From an uncultured Sangeribacter sp. (GTDB lineage: Bacteria; Bacteroidota; Bacteroidia; Bacteroidales; Muribaculaceae), in contig CAYROR010000007.1 in the NCBI GenBank assembly GCA_964425935.1, positions 1,629 to 65,628 on the forward strand: a DNA stretch of 64,000 nt, in the 5' to 3' direction. Below, one piece after another: positions 16,227-27,541 of the stretch. The position numbers were made by a program, and so were the translations under genes. Position 1 is the stretch's first letter; each line of letters opens with the position of its first letter. The notes under the pieces are model-generated. The model did not search any database. It was given only the letters and a program-made list of their open reading frames with translations, and was not told where the DNA came from.

Positions 16227-18812
16227 TCAGTTGCGAAGCTTCTTTTTGCCGAGTTCGGATGCGAGCGATCCGGAGACGGTCATCTTCGGGTTCTGGGGTT
16301 TATTGAGCTGAAGGCTTGCAGTCTTTGAAACCTCTGCCTTCACATAGTCGGCAATTTCTGCAAGAGTTGCATTTCCTTTCGATTCCTGAAGTTTTTTCAG
16401 GAGGAAATAGGTGAAGAGACCATGGTTTTTCTCCTTCCAGGGGAGAGCTGTCTCGTTGCCGTCGGCGGCGCTCAGAACAAACATGTTACCTTTGGGCGCT
16501 GCCGGTTTCGCTTTCAGCACGACGCCGCGGGCTTCCGCCAGCATACCCTCGCCGCGGTTGGCACCGCTGAAGCAGGCATCCATGAAAACAACCACGTTGG
16601 CGGCATCCATCGAGCTGAGTTCCTCATAAAATTTCGATAGAGGATAGGCAGTGGCCATCACCATCGGGTCGGCATCCACCGGGAGAAGGTAAGCATCGCT
16701 CGTGTTCTCGTCGGGCACACCATGGCCGGCATAATAAACAATCACCTCAGTGTCGGGGCCCATAGCTTTGACTGTGTTCTTGAGGCGGTTGATTGCCGAG
16801 AGGGTGTTGCCGTAGGTGAGATCGGTGAATTCGAGCACCTGATTCTCGGGAATCCCCAGAGTCTCACGGCAATAGCGGGCGAAAACGTCGCCGTCATGCT
16901 GTGCAGAAGTAACCTGTGTCACCTTATTATAGTTCTCATTTGCCATCACGAGAGCGATGGTTTTAGAGTTGACGTTTTTGTTGACGGGGATATTCTTGTC
17001 GACATCGCTTTCAGCTGTTAGCACGATTTTCTTGCCTCCCGATTTGTCGTTTTTCGGAGCAACTGGTGAAGTGGTAGGAGTCGAGAATTTGGCGGGGTCC
17101 ACATACACCACCGGAGGCTCGTAGGCAAGAGCGGCCGATGAGTTATAGGTGTAGTCTTTTCCGTTGGGAGCCTGGAAAGTGATGGTAGAGATCGCGATAC
17201 GGTCATCCTTGATGAAGAATTTGGTATTTCTGATCTGAATCTTCTCCCAATTTGACTTGAAGAGCTCTGCCTCCTTGTTTTTCAAGGGCACTTTCACATA
17301 GACCGGTCCGAAATCAGATTCAATAGCGTATGTTTCATTCTCCACGTCGTATGGCTGAAGCTTAAACTCACTGGGCACGATGTGGTTGGCATACTCCTTC
17401 AGATAGTTCTCTGCTGTGATGGCGCTGAGACGTTTCTGCTCGGCGAGGATGCTTTCTGCCGACATTCTCTTTGTATAGTCGTCCACTTTCTCAAATTCCC
17501 CACGTTTCGCCCATTTTGTCATTTCGGTTGTCACGAAACCTTGTGCATATTCCTGATAGGAGGGAATGTTACGCGGTCCGGCGGCTTCTACCTTATGGTC
17601 GCCGATGGTTACCGGCATTGTGTTCATGGCCATTGGAGCGTCGCCGAGAGCCTGGAGCCTGACATTGAGGGCATCCACCTTCGATTTATTCCCAAGGCAG
17701 GCGTAGGCCATTGTCAGGGCACGCAGGAATTTAAGGTTGTTTGGCTCATTCTCCGTGAGTTCCTCAAATTTCTCAGCGGCATTTGAGAAATATGCGTTGC
17801 TCTGGCGACGGGCTTTTGCCACTTCTTTGTCGTCGACTGCCGTGATGCTCTGATTATAGTAGCTTGTGGCCAGATTGAAGTAGCAACGTGCTACGCTCTC
17901 ACTGATGCTCAGACTATTCGGATGGAGCTCGGCAAGTCGGTTGTAAATATCGAGTGCGGGGCGGAATTCTCCACGGCTTTCGTTTACCTGCGCCTGCAGA
18001 TTAAGCAGTTTCTCATCGTCAGGATTGAAAGAGAGGGCTCTTTCAAGGAGTGGGGGGAGAAGGTCGCGGCGGGAAGTGTCGAGACAGAACTGCATCGCCA
18101 TGGTCAGGAGGTTGTTGTTTGTGGGGAACTCATTGGCTGCGCTGACAATCGCATCAAGTCCCCGGGCCTGCTGAGATGTTTTCAGTAGCGACTGACCATA
18201 GAACAGGGCTACGTTCTCACGGTTCTTTTTCTCGTCGGTGCGGAGATATTCTTCAAAATATTTTATTGCGTTGTCAATTTTCCCGGCATTATAGCTGCTT
18301 GAGGCCGCTGTGTAGACGAGAGAGGGATAAAGCTCTGTGTCCGGTTGAAACTCAGCGGTGCTCATCTGCGGAAGAAGACGGGTGTCGACATAAGCGCGTG
18401 CCAACGTGCCCATCTTTTCATTATCTCCTTTCATTGAGGCGTGGACGGCAGCTCTTGCAAGCGCCGGATTCAGATCCTGCAATATTCCACGACACTGATC
18501 AGCCACCTGTTCCGACACAGTGTCGGAAGAAATGATTGCAAACGCAGGGATGAAAGCTTTGTAGGCAGCGTCATCGATCTCAGCTTCATCGCCGCCACCA
18601 TATTGGAGTTCCTTCAGATGTTTGTAGAGAGATGCCGCCACCTCGGAGTTGATGGCGTTCTCATCCGGTTCCTGCATTGAGGAAAGAGGAGCCGCCAGAG
18701 GCATCCCCACAAAAGAGAATGCTGTCGCGGCCACGGTTGAGAGGGCTGCGAGCCCGAGCGCCATTTTGGCACGCAGAAGAATTGTCTTTCTTGTGTTTTC
18801 TTTGATTGTCAT
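16227..18812 (-). CDS. TPR-repeat protein with C-terminal caspase-like (peptidase C14) domain
   Basis: Hydrophobic N-terminal segment, TPR-like helices, YYAGHG and MDACFSG catalytic dyad, HGLFTYFLL; start placed at MTIKEN (ORF is open to 18938). Confidence 0.85.
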   Translation of the reverse strand: MTIKENTRKTILLRAKMALGLAALSTVAATAFSFVGMPLAAPLSSMQEPDENAINSEVAASLYKHLKELQYGGGDEAEIDDAAYKAFIPAFAIISSDTVSEQVADQCRGILQDLNPALARAAVHASMKGDNEKMGTLARAYVDTRLLPQMSTAEFQPDTELYPSLVYTAASSSYNAGKIDNAIKYFEEYLRTDEKKNRENVALFYGQSLLKTSQQARGLDAIVSAANEFPTNNNLLTMAMQFCLDTSRRDLLPPLLERALSFNPDDEKLLNLQAQVNESRGEFRPALDIYNRLAELHPNSLSISESVARCYFNLATSYYNQSITAVDDKEVAKARRQSNAYFSNAAEKFEELTENEPNNLKFLRALTMAYACLGNKSKVDALNVRLQALGDAPMAMNTMPVTIGDHKVEAAGPRNIPSYQEYAQGFVTTEMTKWAKRGEFEKVDDYTKRMSAESILAEQKRLSAITAENYLKEYANHIVPSEFKLQPYDVENETYAIESDFGPVYVKVPLKNKEAELFKSNWEKIQIRNTKFFIKDDRIAISTITFQAPNGKDYTYNSSAALAYEPPVVYVDPAKFSTPTTSPVAPKNDKSGGKKIVLTAESDVDKNIPVNKNVNSKTIALVMANENYNKVTQVTSAQHDGDVFARYCRETLGIPENQVLEFTDLTYGNTLSAINRLKNTVKAMGPDTEVIVYYAGHGVPDENTSDAYLLPVDADPMVMATAYPLSKFYEELSSMDAANVVVFMDACFSGANRGEGMLAEARGVVLKAKPAAPKGNMFVLSAADGNETALPWKEKNHGLFTYFLLKKLQESKGNATLAEIADYVKAEVSKTASLQLNKPQNPKMTVSGSLASELGKKKLRN

Positions 18813-18964
18813 AGATGTAGGTTTGTCTGTAAGGACTCCCCGTAAGCCATTTTGACCCGGGGAGAGAGGTGAGTGGTTTTCGCGTTCGGGCGCGACACCC
18901 GTTTTTATAAAAACGGAGGTGTCGCGCCTTATTTGCATATAAAAAGTTTATGAGAGCGTGTTGC

Positions 18965-21073
18965 TCAGAACACGTCCATGATGGTGAAGTGGGCCGTGAT
19001 TCTGCGGAATTCGCTACCCTTGCCTTCAGCAACGTCTACTCTGAATGTATAGTCGGCATTGACATCTTTCAGCGACTCAACGTTGTCTTCCAGATACTTC
19101 TTGACGCCTTGAGCGCGGAGGAATGCGAGCTGACGGTTCTCCTTTACACCACCGGCTTTGGTGACTGTAATGGCGTTCATCTCTCCATTTTCGATGATGG
19201 GTTCATCCTCGAAATCTCCATAGGACCCGTCATATTTGATGGTGCGGATGATCGGGGTTGCGTCAGCTGTTCCGGAAATCTCGATCTTGACTTTCTGACC
19301 CGGTTTGAGATGCTGCTTGAAGTCGCCTTCAAAAGCTTCCTTCACAATCTTGAGCATAGAGCTTGCAGCTCCGGATTCATTGACGAGATATTTGCCGGGA
19401 GGGAAGTCTTCAGCAGCGGAGAATTCCGGTTCTACCTGATAGGTGAAGGTCACGTCGTAGTTGAGGATCTTGTTTCCGTTGGCATCATAGTCGGGAACCA
19501 CCTTGGAGTCAACGCCGATGTTGGTGTGGCCAGTGATGACGTTATTGTTGCGGGCCTCTTCAACAACTTTTTCGCGGAGCTCCTGAAGTTTCACCTCCTC
19601 CATCTGCTGCTGCTGGAGCACGTCGAGGCTGACAACGTTGGCATCGCTCTCCATGAAATTCATCGACACGCGATCAAGGTTGTTGTATTCGTAAGTTTTT
19701 CCGTCGGCCTTATTGAACACCTTGGCGTAGATGATCTCGAAAGTGTCATCGGGCAAAACGCCATACTGCACGTCGCTGAGCAAAAGGTCATTGGCATCAT
19801 GGAATGCGTTGACGTCATTCTCCGGCACTGGGAGATAGATCGTCGGCATTGAAGAGAAATCGATTGCGAGAAGCTGGTTGACGCGGTCATAGCTTCCGAG
19901 GCTCATCTTCTCTCCGGAGAGGAGGTCGCCTGCAAGCTGAGTCGAGATTTCATCCTCGAAGAGACGGCGCTGGCGGCCTCGGGTTTCGTCGTTCACACGG
20001 AGCTTATAGTCTTCCATGCTCTCGCCCGGCATCATCTTCTGCCATTCCTCCATCAATCTGTCAACCTCTCCGGCGATCAGCTTGTTGTAGCTGGGCTCAA
20101 GGCCTGAAATTCGCTTTGCACCAAGAGCCATGTTTGTGCCATAGACGAGAATTGAATTGCCGGCGGAGTCTTTGATGAATGTAAGGTCGCCCAAGCTACC
20201 GGTTTCAACGGGAATTGTATTGCGGTCGTCAGGACGCACGAGGTTGATAAGCTCAATCTCAGTCGGAGAGGTTGCAACGGCCATGTATTTCCCATCTTCA
20301 TTGAAAGCACATGCAATTCCTTGTCCGAGGTTCTCCAGATCGCTCTTGATATTGAAGGAGCGGGTGTCGTAGATAGACAGGAGTCCGTCGTTGGTCAAGA
20401 CAGCGAATTCAGTGCTTCCGTTGTTGAATGTGACGTCGGTCACTTCGGTGCCGTAGTTCCAGTCGCGACGCTGTTTCTTCTCCTCGAAATTATAGACAGC
20501 CACACGGTCACCGCTGACAAGGGCAAGATAATAACCATTGTCGCTGATTGACATGGAGGTGGGAACGAAGGGAAGATCAAACTTGTCGAGCATGGTCATC
20601 TTTCTGGGTTCAAAGATGTAGAGACCGCTTTCCGTGGCGATACATACTTTGCGTGCATCCGGAGTATAGACAACCGCAGATGGATTCCCATATTTCTTGA
20701 CATCGAATTTATTGAGGGCGTCTTCCGGTGCTGTAGTAGAATACATCATACCATCGCGACGACCTTTTTTATCTTCGTGGATCACGAAATAGTTGATATT
20801 TGAGGGATTCACGCCGAAGCCGACAATGTCTTTCTTGGAAAGATGCATGAGGTCTCCTCTCATAGTATGGACAGACCATGGCCCATAAGTATAGACCACC
20901 GTATTGACAGGAATAATTCCTTTCGGAGTGGCAGGCTGACGGAACCTGTAGTCGGTTTTTTCTTGAGGAGCTTCCTCTTCAGCTGTTTTCTTTTTGTCGG
21001 CATAAGCGTAGGGCACCGCTGCGATCACAGAGGCAAGCACAAGCCCGGAAAAGATAGAGTTTCTATGTTTCAT
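18965..21073 (-). CDS. Exported WD40/beta-propeller protein with OmpA-like C-terminal domain
   Basis: Signal peptide; repeats YTPDARKV, ISDNGYYLA, FNNGSTEFA, FNEDGKYMA; C-terminal ISGTADA...NRQLAFLRA...RRI. Confidence 0.7.
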   Translation of the reverse strand: MKHRNSIFSGLVLASVIAAVPYAYADKKKTAEEEAPQEKTDYRFRQPATPKGIIPVNTVVYTYGPWSVHTMRGDLMHLSKKDIVGFGVNPSNINYFVIHEDKKGRRDGMMYSTTAPEDALNKFDVKKYGNPSAVVYTPDARKVCIATESGLYIFEPRKMTMLDKFDLPFVPTSMSISDNGYYLALVSGDRVAVYNFEEKKQRRDWNYGTEVTDVTFNNGSTEFAVLTNDGLLSIYDTRSFNIKSDLENLGQGIACAFNEDGKYMAVATSPTEIELINLVRPDDRNTIPVETGSLGDLTFIKDSAGNSILVYGTNMALGAKRISGLEPSYNKLIAGEVDRLMEEWQKMMPGESMEDYKLRVNDETRGRQRRLFEDEISTQLAGDLLSGEKMSLGSYDRVNQLLAIDFSSMPTIYLPVPENDVNAFHDANDLLLSDVQYGVLPDDTFEIIYAKVFNKADGKTYEYNNLDRVSMNFMESDANVVSLDVLQQQQMEEVKLQELREKVVEEARNNNVITGHTNIGVDSKVVPDYDANGNKILNYDVTFTYQVEPEFSAAEDFPPGKYLVNESGAASSMLKIVKEAFEGDFKQHLKPGQKVKIEISGTADATPIIRTIKYDGSYGDFEDEPIIENGEMNAITVTKAGGVKENRQLAFLRAQGVKKYLEDNVESLKDVNADYTFRVDVAEGKGSEFRRITAHFTIMDVF

Positions 21074-21168
21074 TTGGTCAGGATATGTTTGTCATGTCTA
21101 AGAAAGTATGCGCACGGAAATAAACTGTCAAGTTTCTTCCGGGCGCATAGCCTTCAATGCGTAGATTC

Positions 21169-21798
21169 TTATTCAGCAACACCTTCGTTGACGAATGCAC
21201 GGATTTTCTCAGCATATTTCTGAGCCACCTCGGAATCCTTCAGTGCTGCCTCGAGAGCAGCCAGACGAGCGGCTTTAGCCTTGCTTTCATCCACGATGAA
21301 GAAAGCCTGGATCTCGTATGTTCCGTCGGGATTTGTCTTGCAGATGGAATAGCTGGGAATGAGGGCATTTTTCACTTTCTGTTCCACGGTTCTTTCGTAG
21401 GCCTGATAGAATTTGTCGAATTCTCCCTCGGCGTCAGATGCGTCAGCGAAACCATCGCTAACCACGCGGCCTTTGACTGTGCTCCCCGCTTTCTGAGCAT
21501 ATTTCAGGGTTGCGTTGTTGATGGCCATCTGCTCGCCGATATTTTTTGATTTGGTGCGTGAAGAGATGCCGTCGAATACGGTTGCATCGTCGCCGAGCTC
21601 ATTGAGCTTGCTGTAGTGCTTGTTGAGAGCCACTTCCATGGTGCGGCTGCCCATGATTTCGAAGCCGGCTTTCTTATATTCCTTCATTTTCTGTTTAACT
21701 TCCTTGGCCTGAGCTTTCTCGATAGCCTTGGAGTAGTTCTGGGCGAAAGCCGGTGCGATGAGGCAGAGAGCCATGAGCACATTGATCAATCTTTTCAT
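21169..21798 (-). CDS. Exported hypothetical protein (LPP20-like), first gene of the operon
   Basis: Signal peptide AFA-Q; strongly biased codon usage; TAATTTTG on the minus strand at 21864-21871. Confidence 0.7.
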   Translation of the reverse strand: MKRLINVLMALCLIAPAFAQNYSKAIEKAQAKEVKQKMKEYKKAGFEIMGSRTMEVALNKHYSKLNELGDDATVFDGISSRTKSKNIGEQMAINNATLKYAQKAGSTVKGRVVSDGFADASDAEGEFDKFYQAYERTVEQKVKNALIPSYSICKTNPDGTYEIQAFFIVDESKAKAARLAALEAALKDSEVAQKYAEKIRAFVNEGVAE

Positions 21799-21936
21799 AG
21801 GGTTAAGTGGTTTGTATTGTTGGTTTTATGTTATTGTCAAGTCAATTGTTTCTTTTGAAAGCGCAAAATTAGTAAAAAATCGGTAAACTCCCAATTTTTC
21901 AATGAATTTTTGTTGTTTTTTGCGGGCTTTTTTGCG

Positions 21937-23484
21937 CTATTTGCGTTTCATGAGTTCCTGGAGGCGGTCGAGGATGTGGCGGTCGTTGCTGAGACGGGGC
22001 ACTTTTCTCTGCCCTCCGAGTTTATGGTTTCCTTCACTTCTGAGCCAGAGGTCGAAAAGGCCACTGGGCGCGGAGATGACCTCCGGAGGATCGAGGAAAA
22101 TGGTGTGGGCCCGTTTGGCATCATAGTCGGAGTTGAGTTTACGGAGCTCCGCGTCAAGAGTCTGCGCAAAGAATCCAATGTCGGAGGGTTGCTTTGCCCA
22201 TTCCACGATCCACTGATGCCTTCCGCGCTTCCCCTGAGTGGCATAGAGTGGCGCTGCGGTGTAGTTGAGCACAGCCGCTCCCGTTTTGTCGCATGCCGCG
22301 GCGATCGCTTTCTCCGCATTATCCTCCATAAGCTCCTCTCCGAAGGCATTGATGAAACTGCGTGTGCGTCCGGCAATCTGAATCTTGACAGGATCGACCG
22401 AGGTCACCCTGACGGTGTCTCCGAGCCGGTAGCGCCAGAGGCCGTTGCTTGAGGAGATGAGCAATTCGTAAACTTTCCCCGGCTGCACATCTGCGATTGT
22501 CAATGGGTTCTCCCCGGGATTATCGATAGGGATGAATTCGTAGAACACGTCGCGGTCAATGATGAGGAGCATCGAATGATCATCGAAGTCATTCTGCACG
22601 GCGAAAAAGCCCTCGCTTGCATTGTATGTTTCAAGGAAGTGCATCTTCGCTGGGTCGGTGAGGCGGCTGTAGGTTTCTCGATAAGGCTCGAATGAGATGC
22701 CTCCGTGGAAGAAGACCTCAAGGTTTGGCCATACGTCGGAGATACGGTCGGCGCCCCTCTCTTCCATGATTTTTGTGATTACGGTCAGAAACCAGGATGG
22801 CACCCCGGAAATGTTGGTGACGTTTCTATTGGCCGCGGCTTTCACAAGAGCGGGAAGTTTTTTCTCCCAGTCGGCAATAAGAGCGGTTTTCTTGTCGGGA
22901 ATTCTCGCTAAATTCGCCAGAGGATTGATCTTGTTGATAAGAGTGGCGCTGAGGTCTCCCACCCTTACTCCCTGTGGCACTTCTGCAAGCGTATTGGCGA
23001 AAGAGCCTCCCAGGATAAAGCCTTTCCCCGAAAAAATGCGGCTTTCCGGCACGAGCCGGAGATAATGGGCCACCGCGTCGGCGGCTCCCCTGTAGTGGTT
23101 GCCGGAGAGTGATGCGTCAGTGACGGGAATGAATTTTGATTTTCCACCCGATGTTCCCGACGATTGGGCAAAATTCCGGCATACTCCGGGCCACAACACA
23201 TCCTTCTCTCCATTCACCATCCTCATTATGTCGGGTCGCAGTCCCTCATAATCCACCACGTCGATGTTCCTCTGAAAGGAATCCAGAAGAGATGGAAAGG
23301 GACGCTTTTGCTCTATCATGTAGGGGAAGTCGTGGTAGGCGCCGAAGGCCGTATGTCGGGCTCTTCTAACCAATGAATGAAGCACCTTTGCCTGCATCTG
23401 GAGAGATCTGTATCGCCAGGAATCTGTGCGTCGGGCAAGCCTGAGGAAGGCGGGACGGAATAAGGGGGTAAAGTCTATGCTCAT
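21937..23484 (-). CDS. GH3 auxin-responsive-promoter family acyl-adenylating enzyme
   Basis: AQSSGTSGGKSKFIP, ETYNASEGFF, GLWRYRLGD and LGGQRKVPRL motifs. Confidence 0.92.
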   Translation of the reverse strand: MSIDFTPLFRPAFLRLARRTDSWRYRSLQMQAKVLHSLVRRARHTAFGAYHDFPYMIEQKRPFPSLLDSFQRNIDVVDYEGLRPDIMRMVNGEKDVLWPGVCRNFAQSSGTSGGKSKFIPVTDASLSGNHYRGAADAVAHYLRLVPESRIFSGKGFILGGSFANTLAEVPQGVRVGDLSATLINKINPLANLARIPDKKTALIADWEKKLPALVKAAANRNVTNISGVPSWFLTVITKIMEERGADRISDVWPNLEVFFHGGISFEPYRETYSRLTDPAKMHFLETYNASEGFFAVQNDFDDHSMLLIIDRDVFYEFIPIDNPGENPLTIADVQPGKVYELLISSSNGLWRYRLGDTVRVTSVDPVKIQIAGRTRSFINAFGEELMEDNAEKAIAAACDKTGAAVLNYTAAPLYATQGKRGRHQWIVEWAKQPSDIGFFAQTLDAELRKLNSDYDAKRAHTIFLDPPEVISAPSGLFDLWLRSEGNHKLGGQRKVPRLSNDRHILDRLQELMKRK

Positions 23485-23498
23485 GGGTCGGTTTTTTT

Positions 23499-24341
23499 TC
23501 AGAATTCAGAGAAAAATTTGGGCTTGAACATAATTCCCACCCGGAGGCGCGAATGGAATTGTTTATAATCGAGAAGACCCTCTCCGTAGCCGTTGTAGTA
23601 TTGGGCGTAGATATTAAGGCTCGACTTCATTGACACCCGGAAGGCAACATCCCATATCGTGTTGAAATTCAGGTTCCATCCCTGACGTTTCACCCAAGTC
23701 ACTCCGAAAGTCCATCGCTTATTACGAGACGTGAGCACCATTCCACCCTGGAATATGCCGCAATATTTAAGGATGTCGCGGTTGTTTTCTCCGTCGACGA
23801 TCGGAATCCAGAATTTCGCGTGGACCATCAGATATTCATCGATGAGTGTCGATCCGCTGAAGGAGATCTTGTTCCAGCTTCTTGACTGGATGCTGTCGCG
23901 TCCGTTGCTCTCATGCTCGGCCATAACGGTGAATTTCCCGAGATACCTGTCTTTGCCGAAAAATGGGATCGACCATCCGATTCCCGGATTGAAATTGAGG
24001 TCGTGCATCGGCATCGAGTTCTCGAATACGTTCCAGAAAGTTTTCTGGGTATACATCAGGAAGAGAAATGATTTCAATGGAAGCACGTTGTCGGTGAGAC
24101 GTATTGCGAGTGAAATCTGAAATTTCACGTCGGAATTGGTTTTTGTCGGTTTGGTCAGAGGGTCGGTGCCGACAGTGAAATAATTGTCTTTATAGAGGCC
24201 GAAATACGGGCCGAAGTCGAGCTCATGTTTCAGGGAATCCACAAATTCCTTCTGGTCGGGAACGGGTACGAGCTGTGCTCCCGCAGTGGCCGGAAGCAGG
24301 AGCGTTAAAATCCAAAACAACGTCTTTATGTGTCGGGACAT
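23499..24341 (-). CDS. pldA: Outer-membrane phospholipase A
   Basis: VKFQISL, YTQKTFW, catalytic HESNG, YYNGYGEGLLDY; start placed at MSRHIK. Confidence 0.88.
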   Translation of the reverse strand: MSRHIKTLFWILTLLLPATAGAQLVPVPDQKEFVDSLKHELDFGPYFGLYKDNYFTVGTDPLTKPTKTNSDVKFQISLAIRLTDNVLPLKSFLFLMYTQKTFWNVFENSMPMHDLNFNPGIGWSIPFFGKDRYLGKFTVMAEHESNGRDSIQSRSWNKISFSGSTLIDEYLMVHAKFWIPIVDGENNRDILKYCGIFQGGMVLTSRNKRWTFGVTWVKRQGWNLNFNTIWDVAFRVSMKSSLNIYAQYYNGYGEGLLDYKQFHSRLRVGIMFKPKFFSEF

Positions 24342-24504
24342 AGTTTTTTGTTTGAAAGTCAGATTTCTGTCAATTTTGGGAGAGGATATATTTTTTAGCG
24401 GATGCAAAATTAATAAACCTGTTTGAATCTCCTCAAAGATAGAACACAGAAAGAGGCGCAGAGGTTGAAAGAAGACAAAAATAAAGGAGAAATAGAATAA
24501 ATGA

Positions 24505-24546
24505 AAACCCCGCCGGGAAGCGCTAAAGCTTCATCGGCGGGGGTTG
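24505..24546 (-). terminator. leuS terminator
   Basis: CCCCGCCG/CGGCGGGG stem with an A-run on + (U-tract on -). Confidence 0.65.
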
Positions 24547-24576
24547 TCAATAAAAATCTTTGCACACGCGGCGGAA

Positions 24577-27339
24577 TCAGATCACGACGTTGACGATCTT
24601 CCCCGGAACCACGATGACTCTGCGCGGCTCTTTCCCCGCAAGCCATTTGGCAGCGTCGGGCGCGGCAAGGGCAGCGGCCTCTACGGCGGCTTTGTCGGAG
24701 TCGGCGGGCACTTCGATCATGAAGCGCGTCTTGCCGTTGAAGCTGACGGGATATTTCACTGAGTCCTCCTTGAGATATTCCTCATTCCATACCGGCCATT
24801 CGGAATCAACCACGCTTCCCTCGTTGCCGAGCATCTTCCAGAATTCCTCCGCTATATGGGGGGCGAAGGGGGCGATGAGACGCGTGAAGATATCCATTGC
24901 CTCTGCGCTGTCAGATTTCGCTGCGGTGAGCTCGTTGAGTGCCACCATGAAGGCGGCCACGGAAGTGTTGAAAGAGAAATTCTCGATGTCGGAGGTCACT
25001 TTCTTTATGAGTTTGTGCATGATGCGGAGCTCCTCGCGGGTCATCGGTTTGCGGTTGCCGGTGTCGACTTTTGGGAATTGTCCCCAAAGTTTCTTCAGGA
25101 AACGGTTGGCTCCGTCAATTCCGTTGGTGTCCCAAGGTTTCGACTGCTCGATAGGGCCGAGGAACATTTCATAAAGCCTAAGCGTGTCGGCTCCGTATTT
25201 ATCCACGATATCGTCGGGATTCACCACATTGAACATCGATTTCGACATCTTCTCCACGGCATATCCGCAGACGTATCTGCCATCCTCGAGAATGAATTCG
25301 GCTGTCTCAAACTCAGGACGCCATTTCTTGAACCGCTCGAGGTCGAGAACGTCGTTCTGAACCATGTTTACGTCAACGCGGATCGGAGTGACGTCATAAT
25401 TATCCTTGAGCCCCTTGCTGACGAAGGTATTGGTGTCCTTGATGCGATAAACGAAGCTTGTGCGCCCCTGGATCATTCCTTGATTCACGAGTTTTCGGAA
25501 AGGCTCCGGCTCCACCACGAGCCCGAGGTCATAGAGGAATTTATTCCAGAATCGGGAATAGATAAGATGGCCGGTTGCATGTTCGGCTCCGCCAACGTAT
25601 AGATCCACGTTGCGCCAGTATTCATCCGCCTCCTTGCTGACGAGAGCCTCGTTGTTGCGGGGATCCATGTAGCGCAGATAATATGCGCTTGATCCGGCGA
25701 AGCCCGGCATGGTGCAGAGCTCGATGGGATATCCCTCGGGGGTTTTCCAGTTTTTCGCGCGTCCGAGCGGAGGCTCGCCTGTGGAGGTGGGGAGATAAGC
25801 GTCGACTTCCGGAAGCAGCAGCGGAAGCGCGCTCTCATCCATCACATGGGCGATTCCATCCTTATAATACACAGGGAAAGGCTCTCCCCAATATCTCTGG
25901 CGTGAGAAAATGGCATCGCGCAGGCGGAAATTCACTTTCACGCGTCCGATCCCTTTCTCCTCGATAAACTTTTTCGTTTTCGCGATGGCGTCTTTCACCT
26001 CCAGGCCATTCAGATCAAGCTCACCGTTTGAAGAATTGGTCATTTTCCCCTCTTTCGCATCGAAGCTCTCCTCAGAAACGTCGGCTCCCTCGATCAGCGC
26101 AATGATAGGGAGGTTGAATTTGCGGGCGAAGGCATAGTCGCGCGAGTCGTGGGCAGGAACCGCCATGATGGCCCCCGTGCCGTAGCCTGCAAGCACATAG
26201 TCGCTCACCCAGATTGGAATCTCCTTTCCGCTGATAGGGTTGCGGGCGTAGGCTCCGGTGAAGACTCCGGAAACCTTCTTGTCGATCTGGCGTTCACGCT
26301 CAGTCTTATGGCTCACTTCAGCAATATAGGCATCGACGGCCTCCCTCTGTTCGGGGGTCACGACCATATCGACATATTTTGACTCCGGGGCAAGCACCAT
26401 GAAGGTCACTCCGAAAGCCGTGTCAGCGCGTGTGGTGAAAATCTCAAGGTCGATATCCTTCCCTACAACCGGGAATCTCATCTCTGCACCTTCGCTGCGT
26501 CCGATCCAGTTGCGCTGGGTCTCCTTCAGCGAGTCGCTCCATTCAAGCGAGTCGAGTCCATCGAGCAGGCGCTGTGCGTAGGCCGACACGCGGAGACACC
26601 ACTGGTTCATCACTTTCTGCTCCACGGGGTGGCCGCCTCTGACGCTGACTCCCTCCGAAACCTCGTCGTTGGCAAGGACAGTTCCAAGAGCCTCACACCA
26701 GTTGACCATCGTCTCCCCTTGATATGCAATGCGATAGTTCATGAGCACGTCAGCCTTCTCTTTCTCCGTCATGGCATTCCATTCAGATGCCGTGAATTCG
26801 AGATTGCGAGAGGAGGCCGCCGATATTCCCTCGGTTCCATGCTTGGCGAAATGCTCGGTCAGCTTTTCGATGGGGAGTGCTTTCTGCTCCTTGGTGTCGT
26901 AGTAGGAATTAAACATCCTGATGAACGCCCACTGGGTCCATTTGTAATACTCCGGATCGCATGTGCGGATTTCGCGGCTCCAGTCGAAAGAGAATCCGAT
27001 CTTGTCGAGCTGCTCGCGATATCTCGCTATGTTGTTGAGGGTTGTCTTCTCGGGGTGCTGACCCGTCTGGATGGCATACTGCTCTGCGGGCAGTCCGTAG
27101 GCGTCATAGCCCATCGGGTGAAGCACGTTGAAACCCTGCTGGCGTTTGTATCTTGAGAATATGTCGCTCGCGATATATCCGAGGGGATGGCCCACGTGCA
27201 GTCCCGCTCCGGAAGGATAGGGAAACATGTCGAGCACATAGAATTTCTTTTTTCCGGGCTTCTCTGAAGCCTTGTAGATCTCATTGTCGCGCCAATACTG
27301 CTGCCAGCGCTGTTCGATTTCTCGATGGTTGTATTCCAT
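24577..27339 (-). CDS. leuS: Leucine--tRNA ligase
   Basis: [14 protein letters not shown] (HIGH), editing domain [19 protein letters not shown]. Confidence 0.98.
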   Translation of the reverse strand: MEYNHREIEQRWQQYWRDNEIYKASEKPGKKKFYVLDMFPYPSGAGLHVGHPLGYIASDIFSRYKRQQGFNVLHPMGYDAYGLPAEQYAIQTGQHPEKTTLNNIARYREQLDKIGFSFDWSREIRTCDPEYYKWTQWAFIRMFNSYYDTKEQKALPIEKLTEHFAKHGTEGISAASSRNLEFTASEWNAMTEKEKADVLMNYRIAYQGETMVNWCEALGTVLANDEVSEGVSVRGGHPVEQKVMNQWCLRVSAYAQRLLDGLDSLEWSDSLKETQRNWIGRSEGAEMRFPVVGKDIDLEIFTTRADTAFGVTFMVLAPESKYVDMVVTPEQREAVDAYIAEVSHKTERERQIDKKVSGVFTGAYARNPISGKEIPIWVSDYVLAGYGTGAIMAVPAHDSRDYAFARKFNLPIIALIEGADVSEESFDAKEGKMTNSSNGELDLNGLEVKDAIAKTKKFIEEKGIGRVKVNFRLRDAIFSRQRYWGEPFPVYYKDGIAHVMDESALPLLLPEVDAYLPTSTGEPPLGRAKNWKTPEGYPIELCTMPGFAGSSAYYLRYMDPRNNEALVSKEADEYWRNVDLYVGGAEHATGHLIYSRFWNKFLYDLGLVVEPEPFRKLVNQGMIQGRTSFVYRIKDTNTFVSKGLKDNYDVTPIRVDVNMVQNDVLDLERFKKWRPEFETAEFILEDGRYVCGYAVEKMSKSMFNVVNPDDIVDKYGADTLRLYEMFLGPIEQSKPWDTNGIDGANRFLKKLWGQFPKVDTGNRKPMTREELRIMHKLIKKVTSDIENFSFNTSVAAFMVALNELTAAKSDSAEAMDIFTRLIAPFAPHIAEEFWKMLGNEGSVVDSEWPVWNEEYLKEDSVKYPVSFNGKTRFMIEVPADSDKAAVEAAALAAPDAAKWLAGKEPRRVIVVPGKIVNVVI

Positions 27340-27442
27340 TGTATGTCGTTGAGTTGTCTTTTAGTGGATGAAAAGGCCGCTTGCGGGGCCGGTTCCGGGG
27401 GCCGAGAGCCACGGGCGGCACCACGGATTCCGGAATCAAGTG

Positions 27443-27520
27443 CAAAGTTAACATTTTTCGCGTTGAGTTCAAAATATATAGGCCGAAGGGTGCGTAAACC
27501 GGAAAATAGTGGTAACTTTG
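27443..27520. promoter_or_regulatory. Divergent TAnnTTTG promoters of leuS and panB
   Basis: CAAAGTTA at 27443-27450 (TAACTTTG on -) and TAACTTTG at 27513-27520 (+). Confidence 0.7.
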
Positions 27521-27541
27521 CAGACCAAAATCAACCCTGAC

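Noticed and set aside
18950-19852. Long antisense ORFs (also 356-1147, 24856-25602, 30908-31732, 35662-36480, 47794-48603)
   Set aside because: They are shadow frames opposite well-supported genes, as expected from codon bias.
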